Source: Octopus sinensis
Lineage: Eukaryota
NCBI RefSeq assembly: GCF_006345805.1
Contig: NC_043000.1
Coordinates: 83,824,001-83,888,000, forward strand
DNA: 64,000 nucleotides
Direction of reading: 5' to 3'
The position numbers and the translations under genes were made by a program. The notes under the pieces were generated by a model. The model saw only the letters and a list, made by a program, of their open reading frames with translations, made no database searches and was not told the DNA's origin. This document shows, piece after piece, positions 48,371 through 60,821 of this stretch (the first letter of the stretch is position 1; each line of letters opens with the position of its first letter).

Positions 48371-50384
48371 AATCTACTAAAAAAGCTGATCACATCATTT
48401 TGGCTCACAGTCCCATATTTTATCATACAAGGGCTAATTTCATGGATATTTCAATAACTCTCTGTGTTGCATGTGTATCATTTATCTAACATAAATAGTT
48501 TGATATGTATGTTTCTGACTGAGATTATCTACATGCAAAGTAAAGTTGAAGAAATATTTATCTTTGGCCTCTAAATACTAGTCAAATAACATCCAAACCA
48601 GTTAGCTATTAATAGTGTCCTAGAAGTTTACATCTTGTTTGGAACTTAGTAGGGCTACTTGATGAGGGCTGACTATGAAAGGCATTCTAACTATGATCAT
48701 CCCATCTTTTCAGATATGTATCTCAGGCTACTTTATCCATTATGTCCTTCCTTTTCTTTCATTAGCTGTCAGGGTGTAATTTGAGAGAGAATTTGCTGTT
48801 ATTTCTAGCAATGACTAAAGAGAGGATCATCATTTGGTTTGTGATATTTGCATGAGCTCATGTATGTGTATGCCACAGTGTTATCAAAATGTATTTATAC
48901 AAACCAAACTGAGTTCCATGTTTTGAAGATGAAAAAATAAAAGAAAAATTGTCTGGTTTCATTAAAGAATGAATTTATAATGAAAACAACGTCATCTACA
49001 AATGAAATTTACATATTTTAACTCTACAACCAATGATTAAGTATGAAAGCAAATACAGAGTGTGATGTACTGCAATAGCATATAACACATTATATAAACT
49101 GAAAGGATGTAACAACACTCTTTCTCTCTCTCAAAACCTTATACGCACACACACCCACACATAAATGTGTATATGTGAGTATATATACTGATTGTTATGA
49201 ACCCCACCTAAATATAAGATATTATTTATCCATGTGTTTTCTCTCTATGTGTATACATAAAGCATATATACTATATACATACCAACACAAATATGTATCT
49301 TTTTAAACTCTTTCTCAAACACACACTAACAAGACAAAAACACACACATATATGAACTTATGACAATTGTAAATACAGGAAGTAGAAGATGAAATAATTG
49401 TAATTATTAAATATTTAAAGAAAGGAAATTTGTATGAAGAGTATTAAAATAGAGAAACATCAAAAGCATAAAGAATTATTTTAAAACTGTAGGAATGTAA
49501 TATTAAGTGCGTTTTAGATAAAATATTTATTTTAAATGATATTATGCTGTGAATTGTAATACATTAGCCAAGGAACATTAACAGACAAAGAAACACCTGA
49601 CTTAAAGAGATGCAACATTAAGGTAGCCATCTGTTTACAGTCAGACATTTAATATCTACAACACATTTACTGAAATCAGGTAATCTTTGCAGTAAATGGT
49701 GTTGGGGTGGATGATACATTGATTTGTAATGATTTCTATCTCATGTTGTGTAAGATTATTTCATTGAATGGATGGGTAGGTGGATGATTTATTAAATACT
49801 GACTGAGGGTTACAGATTTGGTGAAACTGTTAGGATGGGATGCTTTGATATATCTGTACTGAATCTTTGTGCTGTAGTGAACTGTGATGACACTGATGTC
49901 AAATTGTATTGGTCCTAGCCCTTCCCTTGGATTACAATGGTGGCATGCCAAAGAGGTATATGCTGGTCTTCCATAAAGAATCTTGTACAGGTCTGCACTT
50001 GGATGGAGGAAAACTTTCTTGGTGCAGCTCTATGACTTCATCAGACAAATATTTTTATAATACACACAACCTCCTCATCTACATTCACCCTTATAATAAA
50101 GGACAGCACTGGATTCCTCACTACTCAATCCACTCCATCACCCTTAACAGTCTGTCAGTCTCTCTCTTTTTCTCAATTATTCTTGACATTACTTTTTGCC
50201 TTCCATTATTCCCCCAACATAAACTCCTCTGTTACTCTCTCCAGTAATACCCTATCACAATAATAAATCTATTCCTCCCATTCAACTTCTCTCAACCCCT
50301 CACCAAAATTCATTTTTCTCTCTCTTATTTCCTCTTTATGCAGTAAAAGCTCTTTAATCTTGTGAGTTACAAAGCAACATAACT

Positions 50385-50800
50385 AGTGATGGTGCCATGT
50401 AAACAGCTCCCAGTACACTATACAAAAATAGTTGGTGTTAGGAAGGGCATCTAGTCATATTATTTTATGGATATCAGACAAGTAAAAGAAAAATAGAACC
50501 CATGTAGTCATGTAAATGGCACTTGTGCTAGAGGCACATATTACATTCTTGGAGTGGTTGGCATTAGGAAGGGTCTTCAGCTGTAGAAACCATGCCAAAT
50601 CATTTTGGAACCTGGTGTAGCCCTCCAGCTTACCAATTTCAATCAAACTGCCTAACCCATGCCAGCATGGAAAGCAGATGCTACATGAAGATTATGATGA
50701 CGATGATGTGGCCAAATCCGTTGCCATGCCTACATTGAAAAATATTATCCAAGCCATGCCAGCATGGAGAATGGGTGTAAAGTGATGATGATGATGATTA
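50385..50800 (+). mobile_element. Rearranged RTE terminus fragments
   Basis: GTTAGGAAGGG segment present twice (about 50435 and 50560) and CCATGCCAGCATGGA plus TGA tail present twice. Confidence 0.65.
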
Positions 50801-52453
50801 TGATGAGTCTTGTACTTTGAATATATCTTGGTAGCAATGTAATGCCTATAATTCCAATACATGTAAATTTTATTAATCATCAATCATGAGTGAAGATGTG
50901 TTATGAGATGACAGTACAAGATATCGCTGGTAGAAAAAATAAACAAAGAAAACAGCGTAGAAACTAGGAGCTAACAGCTAAGATTTTTTATGTGGTTGAT
51001 AATAAAATCTGCAGCAGCAATTACAATTAATATACCAGAAATTATTTGATTTGAGCTTATTTTTGCTGTTGTGTATTTAGCACTTGACCAACCTTGATCC
51101 AGCAGACCTATCATCAACAGCATTCCAGCAGTGACCATCCCTTCTCATCAAGATACAGTAGTAGTGTGTGAAGGATATCTGGCTGCTATTTAAAACGATG
51201 AGGATGAATGCTATCTTTAAATGAATCTTTTTAGAAAAACACTCAAGGTAAATAAATAAATACAATAGCCAAAAGAAACTGTGTTTAAGAAAGTTGAAAA
51301 TAATGACCTTTGTTTTTGTTGGTATTGTTTTTATAATCCTACAATAATGGAAGAATACAGCAAACAGTTTATATTTAGATTTTTTGATGCTACTTATGTG
51401 TGTTATCTTTGATTGCTAGGTAAATACTAGCATTTACCAAAGCAAGCAAACATAATGTAAGATCTAAGAACAAATTTCATTTCAGGGCATGGTTTATTTA
51501 TAAGGTTAAATGAAACCAAGTGTTTTTCGGTTAGTCTAATATCTCTTGGAATAATCAGAGGATAAGGGGTGTCTTTCTTTCTGTTTTTTTTTTTGTTTTT
51601 TTTTTATAAGACCAGTTGAGAAAATAGAACAGAAACACAAGCAACATGATCAGCTACAGCTCACTGGAGAGCAGCAGTACAATGAGATATAGACACTATA
51701 AGAACACTAAGAAGACAATGAAAGCTTTGTATGAACAGTGGAATCATTGGTATTAACATGCTTCATTTGAATAGAGACAAAAATAGAAGTTTCTATTGAA
51801 TCAGATGGCATTATTAGTTTGGTCAGTGTAGCATTACTAAATTTACAGATCAATCAGGTAGATATGAAATACATATCAAAGAAAAGACATAAAAATATAC
51901 ATAAAAGCTAATTTAGTTACAAAGGGTGTTGTGGAATACAATGGACGATTCATTTGTAAGAATGAGGTTACCGTTGCAAATATATCCTATATCTCCATAC
52001 ATTCTGTAACAAATGAGGTAATCACTAACAAAAGGTATATAAACAAGGGAGAGACTTGTAAAAGATAATAGAAGTTTAATCCTGCACACCAGCACATACG
52101 GCTACACTCTGGTTATCAAACAATAACAGGATAAAGAAAAATGCTTGTACTGTTTTGTAAAGGGGTACTGCACGTCTTTATTATTCTCTTGAAACAAAAA
52201 GACACCCACCCACAACCAGAAATTAAATAAAAAATAAAACATCCATATAAAAGAAATAAGAAACAGTTTGTCTCTCTCTCTCTGTACATATAGTATGCAA
52301 GTGTAGCTGTGTGGTAAGAAGCTTGCTTCCCAGCCACATGGTTCCAGGTTCAGTCCCACAGTATGGTATCTTCAGCAAGTGTCTCCTACTATAAGCTCAG
52401 GTCAACCAAAACCTAGTGAGTGGATTTGGTAGATGGAAACTGAAAAAGCCCAT

Positions 52454-52474
<21 letters not shown>

Positions 52475-52485
<11 letters not shown>

Positions 52486-53225
52486 AAAGTGAAGTTGTGT
52501 GAGTGTCTGTCTCCTACGATTTAGATTCCTAACTACTCCCACATTTTGCGATGCAGTTTAACCAAAACCGGGTATCTTATAGTCGTGATTCATATCGAGC
52601 CCTTCTGGGTATTAGCGCGCGTCTACGATGAGTCTACGATTTTAAAAATAATTTACCATAATTTTTTTCCATTTTAAAGCATATTTTTTGGGGTTCTTCC
52701 AATTTTTTCGTGTGTCGATGGCAGCGGAGTTGGCGTCCATGCTCACACCTGCACCTGTGTTGCTTCTCCCCCTTCTTCCCTCCCTCGTGAAGCTGTGGGG
52801 AAGGGAGTGTAAGGAAATCAACATCGTAAAGCGTTGTCAAGGAGACCAGCGTTCTTTTAGAACAACGACTTCATGGCTTGAAGACACCAAAACAGAAATG
52901 GCTAAGAAAGCCCGAAAGCAAATTCTACAAAATCGGGAAACACGCCACACAGGGAAGGTTTCCCGTGCAAAGAATTTTCACAACCGAATGCTTTAGTTGT
53001 TGCACAACTTTTACTTAAAAAATATTATCCAAACACAAACTTTTGAAGGCAATATTGTATGGCGATGGTACTTGTGAAATATGGTAATGGATTTAGTAGC
53101 CAAAAGGAGAGAGCAGAGGCATAGTATGGTGGTGGTGGAGGCGGTGGTAGTGGCAGCGGTGGTGGTGGTGGTGCTGGTAGTGGTGATGGTGGTCGTGGTG
53201 GTCGTCGTGTTTGTGGTGGTGGTGG

Positions 53226-53256
<31 letters not shown>

Positions 53257-53903
53257 CGTGGTGGTGAGGGTGGTGATGATGGTGGTGGTGGTGATGGTGG
53301 TGGTGGTGATGATGGTGGTGGTGATGGTCATGGGTGTAGTGGTGGTGGTGGTGATGGTGGTAGTGGTGATGGTGTTGGTCGTGGTGGTGGTGGTAGTGGT
53401 GGTGGCTGAAGCTGTCGTCTGGGTTCTTCCAATTTTTTCGTGTGTCGGTGGTGGCGTTGGCGTTCATGCTCGCACCTGCACCTGTGTAGCTCCTCCCCTT
53501 CTTCCCTCCCTCGTGAAGCTGTGGGGAAGGCAGGGTAGGGAAATCAACGTTGTAAAGCTTTGTCAAGGAGACCAGCGTTCTTTTAGAACAACGACTTCAT
53601 GGCTTGAAGTCACCAAAACAGAAATCGCTAAAAAAGCTGAAACAGATCCACAAAAACGGCAAAAACCGCCACACAGGGCAGGTTTCCTGTGCAAACAATT
53701 TGCACAACCGAATGTTTTAGTTGTTGCACAAATCTTTATATATAAAAGTGAAGTTGTGTGAGTGTCTGTCTCCTACAATTTAGATTCCTAACTACTCCCA
53801 CAATTTATTCCATTTTTAATACATTTTTTTGCTATAACTCTCTAAAAATGCTTATATAGTTATTTCCCTTACAAACCCGAGCAACGCCGGGCGATACTGC
53901 TAG
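52475..53903 (+). mobile_element. Composite non-autonomous Helitron
   Basis: 5' TATATAAAAGTGAAGTTGTGTG occurs twice (about 52480 and 53733). 3' hairpin CCCGAGCAACGCCGGG then CTAG|T at 53903; the 3' end is shared with 43349-43736. Confidence 0.8.
53125..53405. repeat. (GGT)n tract inside the Helitron
   Basis: Gives poly-H, poly-T and poly-V ORFs. Confidence 0.92.
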
Positions 53904-53913
53904 TATATATATA

Positions 53914-55166
53914 TTGGGTCACCCCATAAGTAATGTGGTTTTTATACTTCTTTTATTTTTCAAAATTAAGATAAACAAAATTCTGTTTTAATCTAAAATA
54001 TACTCTCCTTCATTTTCTACAATACTCTTCCATCTATCTAGTAGACTTGCAAGGATGCCTCTTCCAAAATTCACTTGTCTGTGATGAAAAATACTCCTCC
54101 AGTACTCTTCTGACCTCATCTACAGAATTCATATTTTTTTCATTGAAATGATTTTGAAGACTGTGGAATAAAAGATAATCAGATGGGGCAATGTCCGGTG
54201 AATATGGTGGGTGGGGCATTGTTTCCCATTCAAACTGCTCCAGCCTTTGGAATGTCATCCTCACTGCATATGGCCGAGCATTATCCTGATGGAAGAACAC
54301 CTTTCATCTTGAAACCAAAGACGGTCATTTTGCTTCTAGTTCTGACTTAAGCTGCTCTCAGTAGATCTCATCTGTTACCTCTGGTTTGGATTTAAAAGTT
54401 CAAAGTAGACTAAACCTTTCATATCCCACCAAACAGATAACAACACCTTATGTGGGTAAAGACTTTCCCTACCCACTGTCTTCAGTGCTTGACATTTTTA
54501 TAGAGAACACATTTCTCATCACCAGTCACATGAGACATGACAGCAAAGAAGAGCACGCATTCAATCTCTGCGCACGATTAGACTCAGAAAGTATGTGAGG
54601 AACCCACTGACCCAATCTGCTGACTTTTACAATGGCACACAGGTGTTGATGAATGGTTGAATGACCAAATCCAAGCTTCTCTGCTAGTTCTTCAACAGTT
54701 GCAATGGGATTTTGTTCCACCAGAGTTTACAGGACATCTTCATCAAGCTTTACAGATCTTCCAGGTCAAGGCTCGTCTTCAAGGCAGTAGTTTCCGGCTC
54801 AGAATTTCTGGAATCACTGTTGACACTGGCTTACATTTATTGTCTGATCCCCATATACTGCATTAATATTTATTAATATTTAGGGATATTATGCATTAAT
54901 ATTCCTTGCACTCTCTGTTGCATTGTTGCCTTTATTGAACTCATAAAGCAAAATATGCTGAATATGTTCCTTTGTCACTGCCATTATAGCTTTGAAAAAA
55001 TAACTGTTAAAATTGAACTGCACTCTTCAAAACTTACATTAAGAATAAGGACATGGCAAAATTACTACCTGCTTTTATAGCATGTTGATGCAGGTAGTTT
55101 ATCTCGTCCGCTTCCAACTTTTAGTTCATACAATTGAAAAAACCACATTATTTATGGGACACCCAA
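53914..55166 (-). mobile_element. mariner transposon, near full length with both TIRs, decayed (same family as 40547-41702)
   Basis: Matching ~30-bp TIRs at both ends flanked by TA. FHQDNARP...PHPPYSPDIAPSDY and EELAEKLGFGHSTI; stops and frameshifts present. Confidence 0.92.
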
Positions 55167-56584
55167 TATATATATATATACATATATATATATGTCTATA
55201 CCTATATGTGTCTGTCTTTGTTTCTGCGTTTGTCCCCCACCACTGCTTGATAACTGGTGTTGGTGTGTTTATGTTCCCATAAGTTAGAGGTTCAGAAAAA
55301 GAGACCAATAGAATAAGTACCAGGTTTTAGAAACAAAAATTAGCCTTGAGGTCAATTTTTTGACTAAAAACTCTTTAAGGTAGTGCCCCAGCATGGCTGC
55401 AGTCAAATGACTGAAACAAGTAGAAGGTAAAGATAAAAGAGGTATGTATAACAAATGTGATATGTTACTGTATTTCACAGAAACGTATCAACAGTATCAA
55501 CAGAAATGACAAGATTAGTACAATCTGTAGCAGTGTTAATTTATCAGAAAACACAAAGTGAAAATATCTATTAACGTTGTAGTTGATATCTTGGTCTTTT
55601 ACTCTTCTACATCCCAAAACTATAAAACTTTTCCCCATTTTCTTTTTCTTAAAAGTTTTATCAAGTCACTGGATTTCCTGTTTGTAAGTTTTTTCTACAA
55701 ACTCTGAAACAAGAATTTAAATTGGATATTGATTGGTGGTGGGTTATAAAATAAATATGTTATCAACACTGAATAAATTAGCACCTAATAAAACTATGGT
55801 GTCTAATCCATCTGCTTCTCAATGAGAGAAAGAAAGGCAGAAAGAGGGAGAATGGAAAAGAGTGAGAGGTATCAGCTTGTTCTTTTAGATTAAAGTATCA
55901 ATGGAAAACTAATTGAAGATCAGGTTCTATGGCCATAGAAATTGGTAACTTAGAGAATCATTTTTAATAATGTTTTCATATTATTTATATCTTTTATTCA
56001 GTCTAGCAGTTGGATGGTCTCTTAACATTATAATCTGCTCTCTAATCACTTCTTGTTTTTCTCTCTCTTCGCTGAATTGTAACCATCTCATTATAAAAAT
56101 AAAAGAAGTACTAAAGCGACATGAGAAAGCAAAATAAAAAAAAAATTAAAATTCTAAGGGAAATGTCATGTATGTTTTGAAGTTTCAGCAAAGGTTACTG
56201 TCATTTTATTAATCCAAAACATTAATTATGATGAAGGTCAAACTCAACAGGCAACGTTAACAACTGACAGCTACTTGCAAGTTGTATTTTTTTTTCCAAA
56301 AAGCCATTAAAAAAACTGACTTAATTAAACATATACTTATTTCTAAAATCATTAACATTTAATTAATAATTTGAATTTTAAAGAATGATAAAAAGAATTA
56401 AATAAATGCAATTATAATCATTTACAGAGGAATTTAACTTCATATTTTTCTGCAATAAAAATCAAAAGTAGTTTAGATAAAACAAGAAATGGAAATGGAA
56501 ATCATCTAAAAGTAATAACAACAAACACTAAAAGTAAAAAAAAAACTCCAAAGAAATCAAATAAATGAGAAAGTTGTGCATAAC

Positions 56585-56778
56585 CTGTGGAAGTTATCGT
56601 TATATTCCTCAAGGTGTCGTAGTGTTTCTTCAACTTGTTGAAGAGATCTAGCATCATGGATGTATGGTTCCAAACAAATGAATAATTGTTTGATTCTCTT
56701 CACCAGTTCACCTGAACTGTCAAGTTTCTCTTCCATCGTAGAAAATTCGGTTCGATCATCTGCAGCTGGTGCAGCCAT
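56585..56778 (-). CDS. TBC1D32: Broad-minded/TBC1D32 (BROMI) ortholog, first coding exon
   Basis: MAAPAADDRTEFSTMEEKLDSSGELVKRIKQLFICLEPYIHDARSLQQVEETLRHLEEYNDNFH resembles the remembered vertebrate BROMI N-terminus (LRRLF...[20 protein letters not shown]). Donor cacAG|GTtatg, phase 2. Probable acceptor (tattcttcag) just upstream at 56812. Confidence 0.85.
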
Positions 56779-57136
56779 CTCTTCACACTCAGTTGAAAAT
56801 TAACAACATTTCTGAAGAATATAACACCGAAACATACCAATCTTGCTTTTTAAAAAAAAAATTTTTTAGCATTGTTGTTTTTATTTAAAAATTGAAAAAA
56901 AGAACAGGGAAAATTGGTAAAAAAAAAAAAGGAAATTAATAATAACAAAAAATGTAAGAAGTTACATAAATCAAAAGTCTTTAAGTTGTATAGTTATATA
57001 AGATTTACAAATTTGTGTATTATGGGATGTATGTGCACTGATCAAAGAGGTTTAGAGATTGTGCAAGAGAAAATAATAAAAGAGTGAAAGAGTGTTAGTA
57101 GGAACACTGAAGGGGTAGGAGAAAGGGGCAGTAATG

Positions 57137-57621
57137 TTTAGCATTTAAACTGGCCATATCAGACCCAAATAGTCTACCTGTTTTATGTTCAAACTGGCCA
57201 GATCTGGCTTGTTACACCTATCCCACAATGCCATTCTAAGAAATAAGTAGAGGTGTGTGGCTTTGTGGTTAAGGTATTGGACTCATGATTGTAAGGTTGT
57301 GGTTTCAATTTCTGGACTGGGCAACACGTGTTCTTGAGTAAAACATTTCATTCCACGTTGCTCCAGTCCACTCAGCTGGCAAAAATGAGCAATCCTGCGA
57401 CAGACCAGTATCCCGTCCAGATGGGGAATACATATGCCATGAAACAGGGAAACCGGTCCTTGAGTTTTTATGACTCACAAAGGTAACTTTACTTCATCTT
57501 TATTCTAAGAACAAAAAATTGCATCATTCAAAATCTCAAAGCTGCAAGATAATGCATGATTATTAATTCAAAACAATGAATAAATAAACTTATTTGACAG
57601 AGTAATATGAACACTAAAGGG
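57137..57621. mobile_element. piggyBac-like MITE (second family) interrupted by a SINE at about 57249-57500
   Basis: TTTAGCATTTAAACTGGCC...CTAAAGGG|TTAA, colinear with 59157-59372. ATTCTAAGAA is duplicated around the SINE. Confidence 0.75.
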
Positions 57622-57863
57622 TTAAAAACGATTGTGCACTAAAAGGTGCTAAAGAGCTACAACAGAGTAAGGGCAGTTTAGCAAATATCTACACTTATGT
57701 ACATAAACCTACACATATATAAAAGTATACATACTTGCAAACAAGGGAAAATTTTACCAAGGGAAGTGATGCATTGATGTAAGAAATAAAATATGTATGT
57801 GCATATGTATGTGAATATTTGTATGTGTGTGTGTGTGCTCACATCAGAATGAATACTCATGAA

Positions 57864-58440
57864 TGGGCATCCAGCTGTAGAAACACTGCCAGATCAGACT
57901 GGAGCCTGGTGCAGCCTCCTGGCTTCCTAGATCCCGGTAAAACCATCCAACCCATGCTAGCATGGAAAACGGACGTTAAATGATGATGATGATGATGAAA
58001 AGGTGGGAGATGAGAAAGGCTAATTAAGAAAAGGAAATTTGTTTATTTATGAATTTAAACAGTTAACATCATAGTCACAACAATTTCTTATATATTGAAT
58101 AATTTCTTTAGATGGTGCCACATAAAAAGCACCCTGTACACTCTGTGGAGTGGTTGACATTAGGAAGGCATCTAGCCATGGAAACCAAGCCAAAACAGAC
58201 TATGGAACCTGGTGCAGCCCCTGGCCTTGCCAGTTCCTATCAAGTCATCCAACCCATGCCAGCATGGAAAATGGACATTAAATGTCATTGATGATGATGA
58301 TGATGACAGTTCAATGACTGTCTTCCATGCTGGCAAGGGTTGGATGATTTGATAGGATCCAATGAGCCAGAAGAATGCATTGATCTTGAGAGTCTATTTT
58401 GGCAAGGCTTCCATAGTTGATGCTCTTCCTAATGCCAATC
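57864..58440. mobile_element. Cluster of three RTE termini (57864-57997 +, 58112-58305 +, 58315-58440 -)
   Basis: Shared terminus CCAACCCATGC(T/C)AGCATGGAA with TGA tails; the last two copies are tail-to-tail. Confidence 0.8.
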
Positions 58441-59156
58441 TCTCAGTGTGCAGAGAGGTTACCATGTAACTTGCAAGACAAAGAAACATCCCCCTTGACT
58501 GAAAGCGGGGTTGTAACAAACAGGAAAGTGGCTTTAGGCCAAGTGTTGAGAGGCTAATGTGTGATAGAGTGACAGGTACATGTGTTTTGCAACAGAGGAG
58601 ATATATGGCTACCTTGCATTATAGTGGGAGTAGCTGGAAAGACAGCTGAAGGTGATAAGGAGGTGTTAGAGTTGGTAGTCTCAAGCTACCAAAAAGTGAG
58701 TGAAAGAGAGATTAAGGACAGAGGATTGGGAGGCAGGTGGATAGATTCATTGGAGTGTGAGAGGAGAGTGACAATTAGAGATGAGTGCAGAGGTGAATGT
58801 AGTGAATGGAACATTTTGATTTTATTTCTTTGTTACTATGGCTTAGTTAGAGAGCAGCATCCCACCACCTTTTCCCCAAGGTTTCTGAGATAAGTTATTT
58901 AGATTGGTGATCTAACTCAAATGTAATCAGAGTGAATTCTGTTAACAGCATCCATGGGCTGGCAAAGTTAATATGTATTGGAAAGGATCTACTTATTGGT
59001 TTGACTATTTTGTTTTGCTATTCTAATGATCCAGTGCATAAATTCAGTGTTAGTGTAACATTATTCTGGACCATAACACTCTGAATATGTGAAAGGGCCA
59101 AGGGACAACTGAGATTTCAACTTGGGATGTTTAGATGTTTACCACTTGAATTTTAA

Positions 59157-59372
59157 CTCTAGTGTTTAAACTGGCCATATCTGGCCCAAATATTCTACAT
59201 GTTTGACATTCCTACTAGGCTTATCTAATCTCTTACAACTAACCTACAGTGATATTCTAAAACTAAACAATCATATCATCAAAAGTCCAAAGCTATGAGA
59301 TAATGCATGACTAATTCAAAACAATGGATTGCAAAGCATTATATTTAACAGAGCAATCTGAATGCTAAAGGG
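59157..59372. mobile_element. piggyBac-like MITE (second family)
   Basis: TTAA on both sides, ends AATGCTAAAGGG. A partial third copy lies at about 47025-47167. Confidence 0.75.
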
Positions 59373-60274
59373 TTAAAGGCTAGTAGTATCTGTGTCAGTT
59401 TATGACAGAAAACAAGGTAATCTCTAGTGGTGTTACTACATAAAAATGCATTCAGAACACCCAGTAAAGTAGTTGGAATTAGAAAGGGTATATAACACTA
59501 GAAACTATGTGAAAAATTAGACAATGGAGGAAGATCTGTTGAACTCTGTCAAACCACTCTATCCAAGACAGTATGGAAAGTGGATGTACAATGATTTTTA
59601 TAAAGTGCTCACAGAAAAACAAGCTATATCTTGAATTATAACTGCCATGACAATTTTGCTTCATGCAAAAATAGATCAGGTAATATAATGAAAGGAGCAA
59701 TTAGTTGCCCCACCCATATCCATTCATTACATAAAAGTGTCAAAACACTGAATAACAGTTAATGAATGGCTCCTCCCTGTCATAGATCAAGCTAGATAGT
59801 ACTGAGTGGGACTAACACAACAGCAATGAACTGGACATGTCTGTCTATATCTTAATTTTAAGAGCCAAAACAAATCACCTGACCATATTTATTTAGAAAG
59901 TTTCACTCATACACCAAGTAGATTGAGGTATACACAGCCCAGTATCTTCATTTATAATATCAATGTCAATAGGAATTTTGTGTTTATATGCATCAATTGT
60001 TAGCCTAATGTCCAAAACTTGACAATGAGTAACATGCACTTAGCAGGAATTGAGCTCAGTATTACAGCAAACTAAACACTCATTATTTTATAGTGTGACC
60101 ACATCTTACATCACAATGCATTAGGATATACAGGTGAGAATTATCTAATGCAGTACACTACCTCTATGTCCAATTTATAAAGCTTGTAAGGGTTGGACAA
60201 GTTTTCTCTAGCACAGCATTTTGCTCCTGGTCTTCTTTGAGTTTCACCTTCCTAAGAAGGCTTGTGTTCAACTG

Positions 60275-60821
60275 TCAGCAGGCAAGGTGATTCTCAGTCT
60301 TTTGAGACCAGCATGGAGTAGTGATGAAGGATTTTCTGGCAAAGGACACCACAATTAACAGGGTATATTATGCTTCTCTACTGCAGAAATTGCAAGATGC
60401 CATCATAGTAGAGAGGCATGGTATACTGACAAAAGGAGTCTGCTTCCTTCAAGATAATGCCCCAGTTCACAATGTGCATGTTGCCCAAATCAAAGCACAC
60501 TCCTGTGGATATAAAATCCTTCCTCATCCCCCTTACTCTCCTAACCTCACACCATATAACTTCCACCTCTTTCCAACAATGAAGTCTTCTTTGAAGGGGA
60601 AGCACTTTTCAGATGATGATCTTATTTCTGAGGTAAGGTCTTGGCTCCAGACACAACCTACTGACTTCTACAGATGAGGTCTTCATAGCTGCATAAAGCA
60701 ACGGGAGAAGTGTGTCACCATTAGTGGTGGCTATGTAGAGAAAGACTAATAATTAAGTCAAGTTTTGTTTATCCCAGCCCTTGGAAAGTGGGTTGGAAGA
60801 AATCTTTAATGAACACCCCTT
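60275..60821 (+). mobile_element. mariner transposon 3' half (third family)
   Basis: ORF 60321-60677: FLQDNAPVH...LPHPPYSPNLTPYNFHLFP. TIR-like end CTTTAATGAACACCCCTT-A. Confidence 0.85.

Noticed and set aside
51910-52200. Repeat-free intronic block with several ACAA(A/T) motifs as a SOX/TCF enhancer
   Set aside because: Such motifs are expected by chance in AT-rich DNA, and conservation or chromatin data are needed.
53011-53761. Poly-His, poly-Thr and poly-Val ORFs suggesting a metal-binding or mucin-like protein
   Set aside because: Translations of a (GGT)n microsatellite inside a Helitron.
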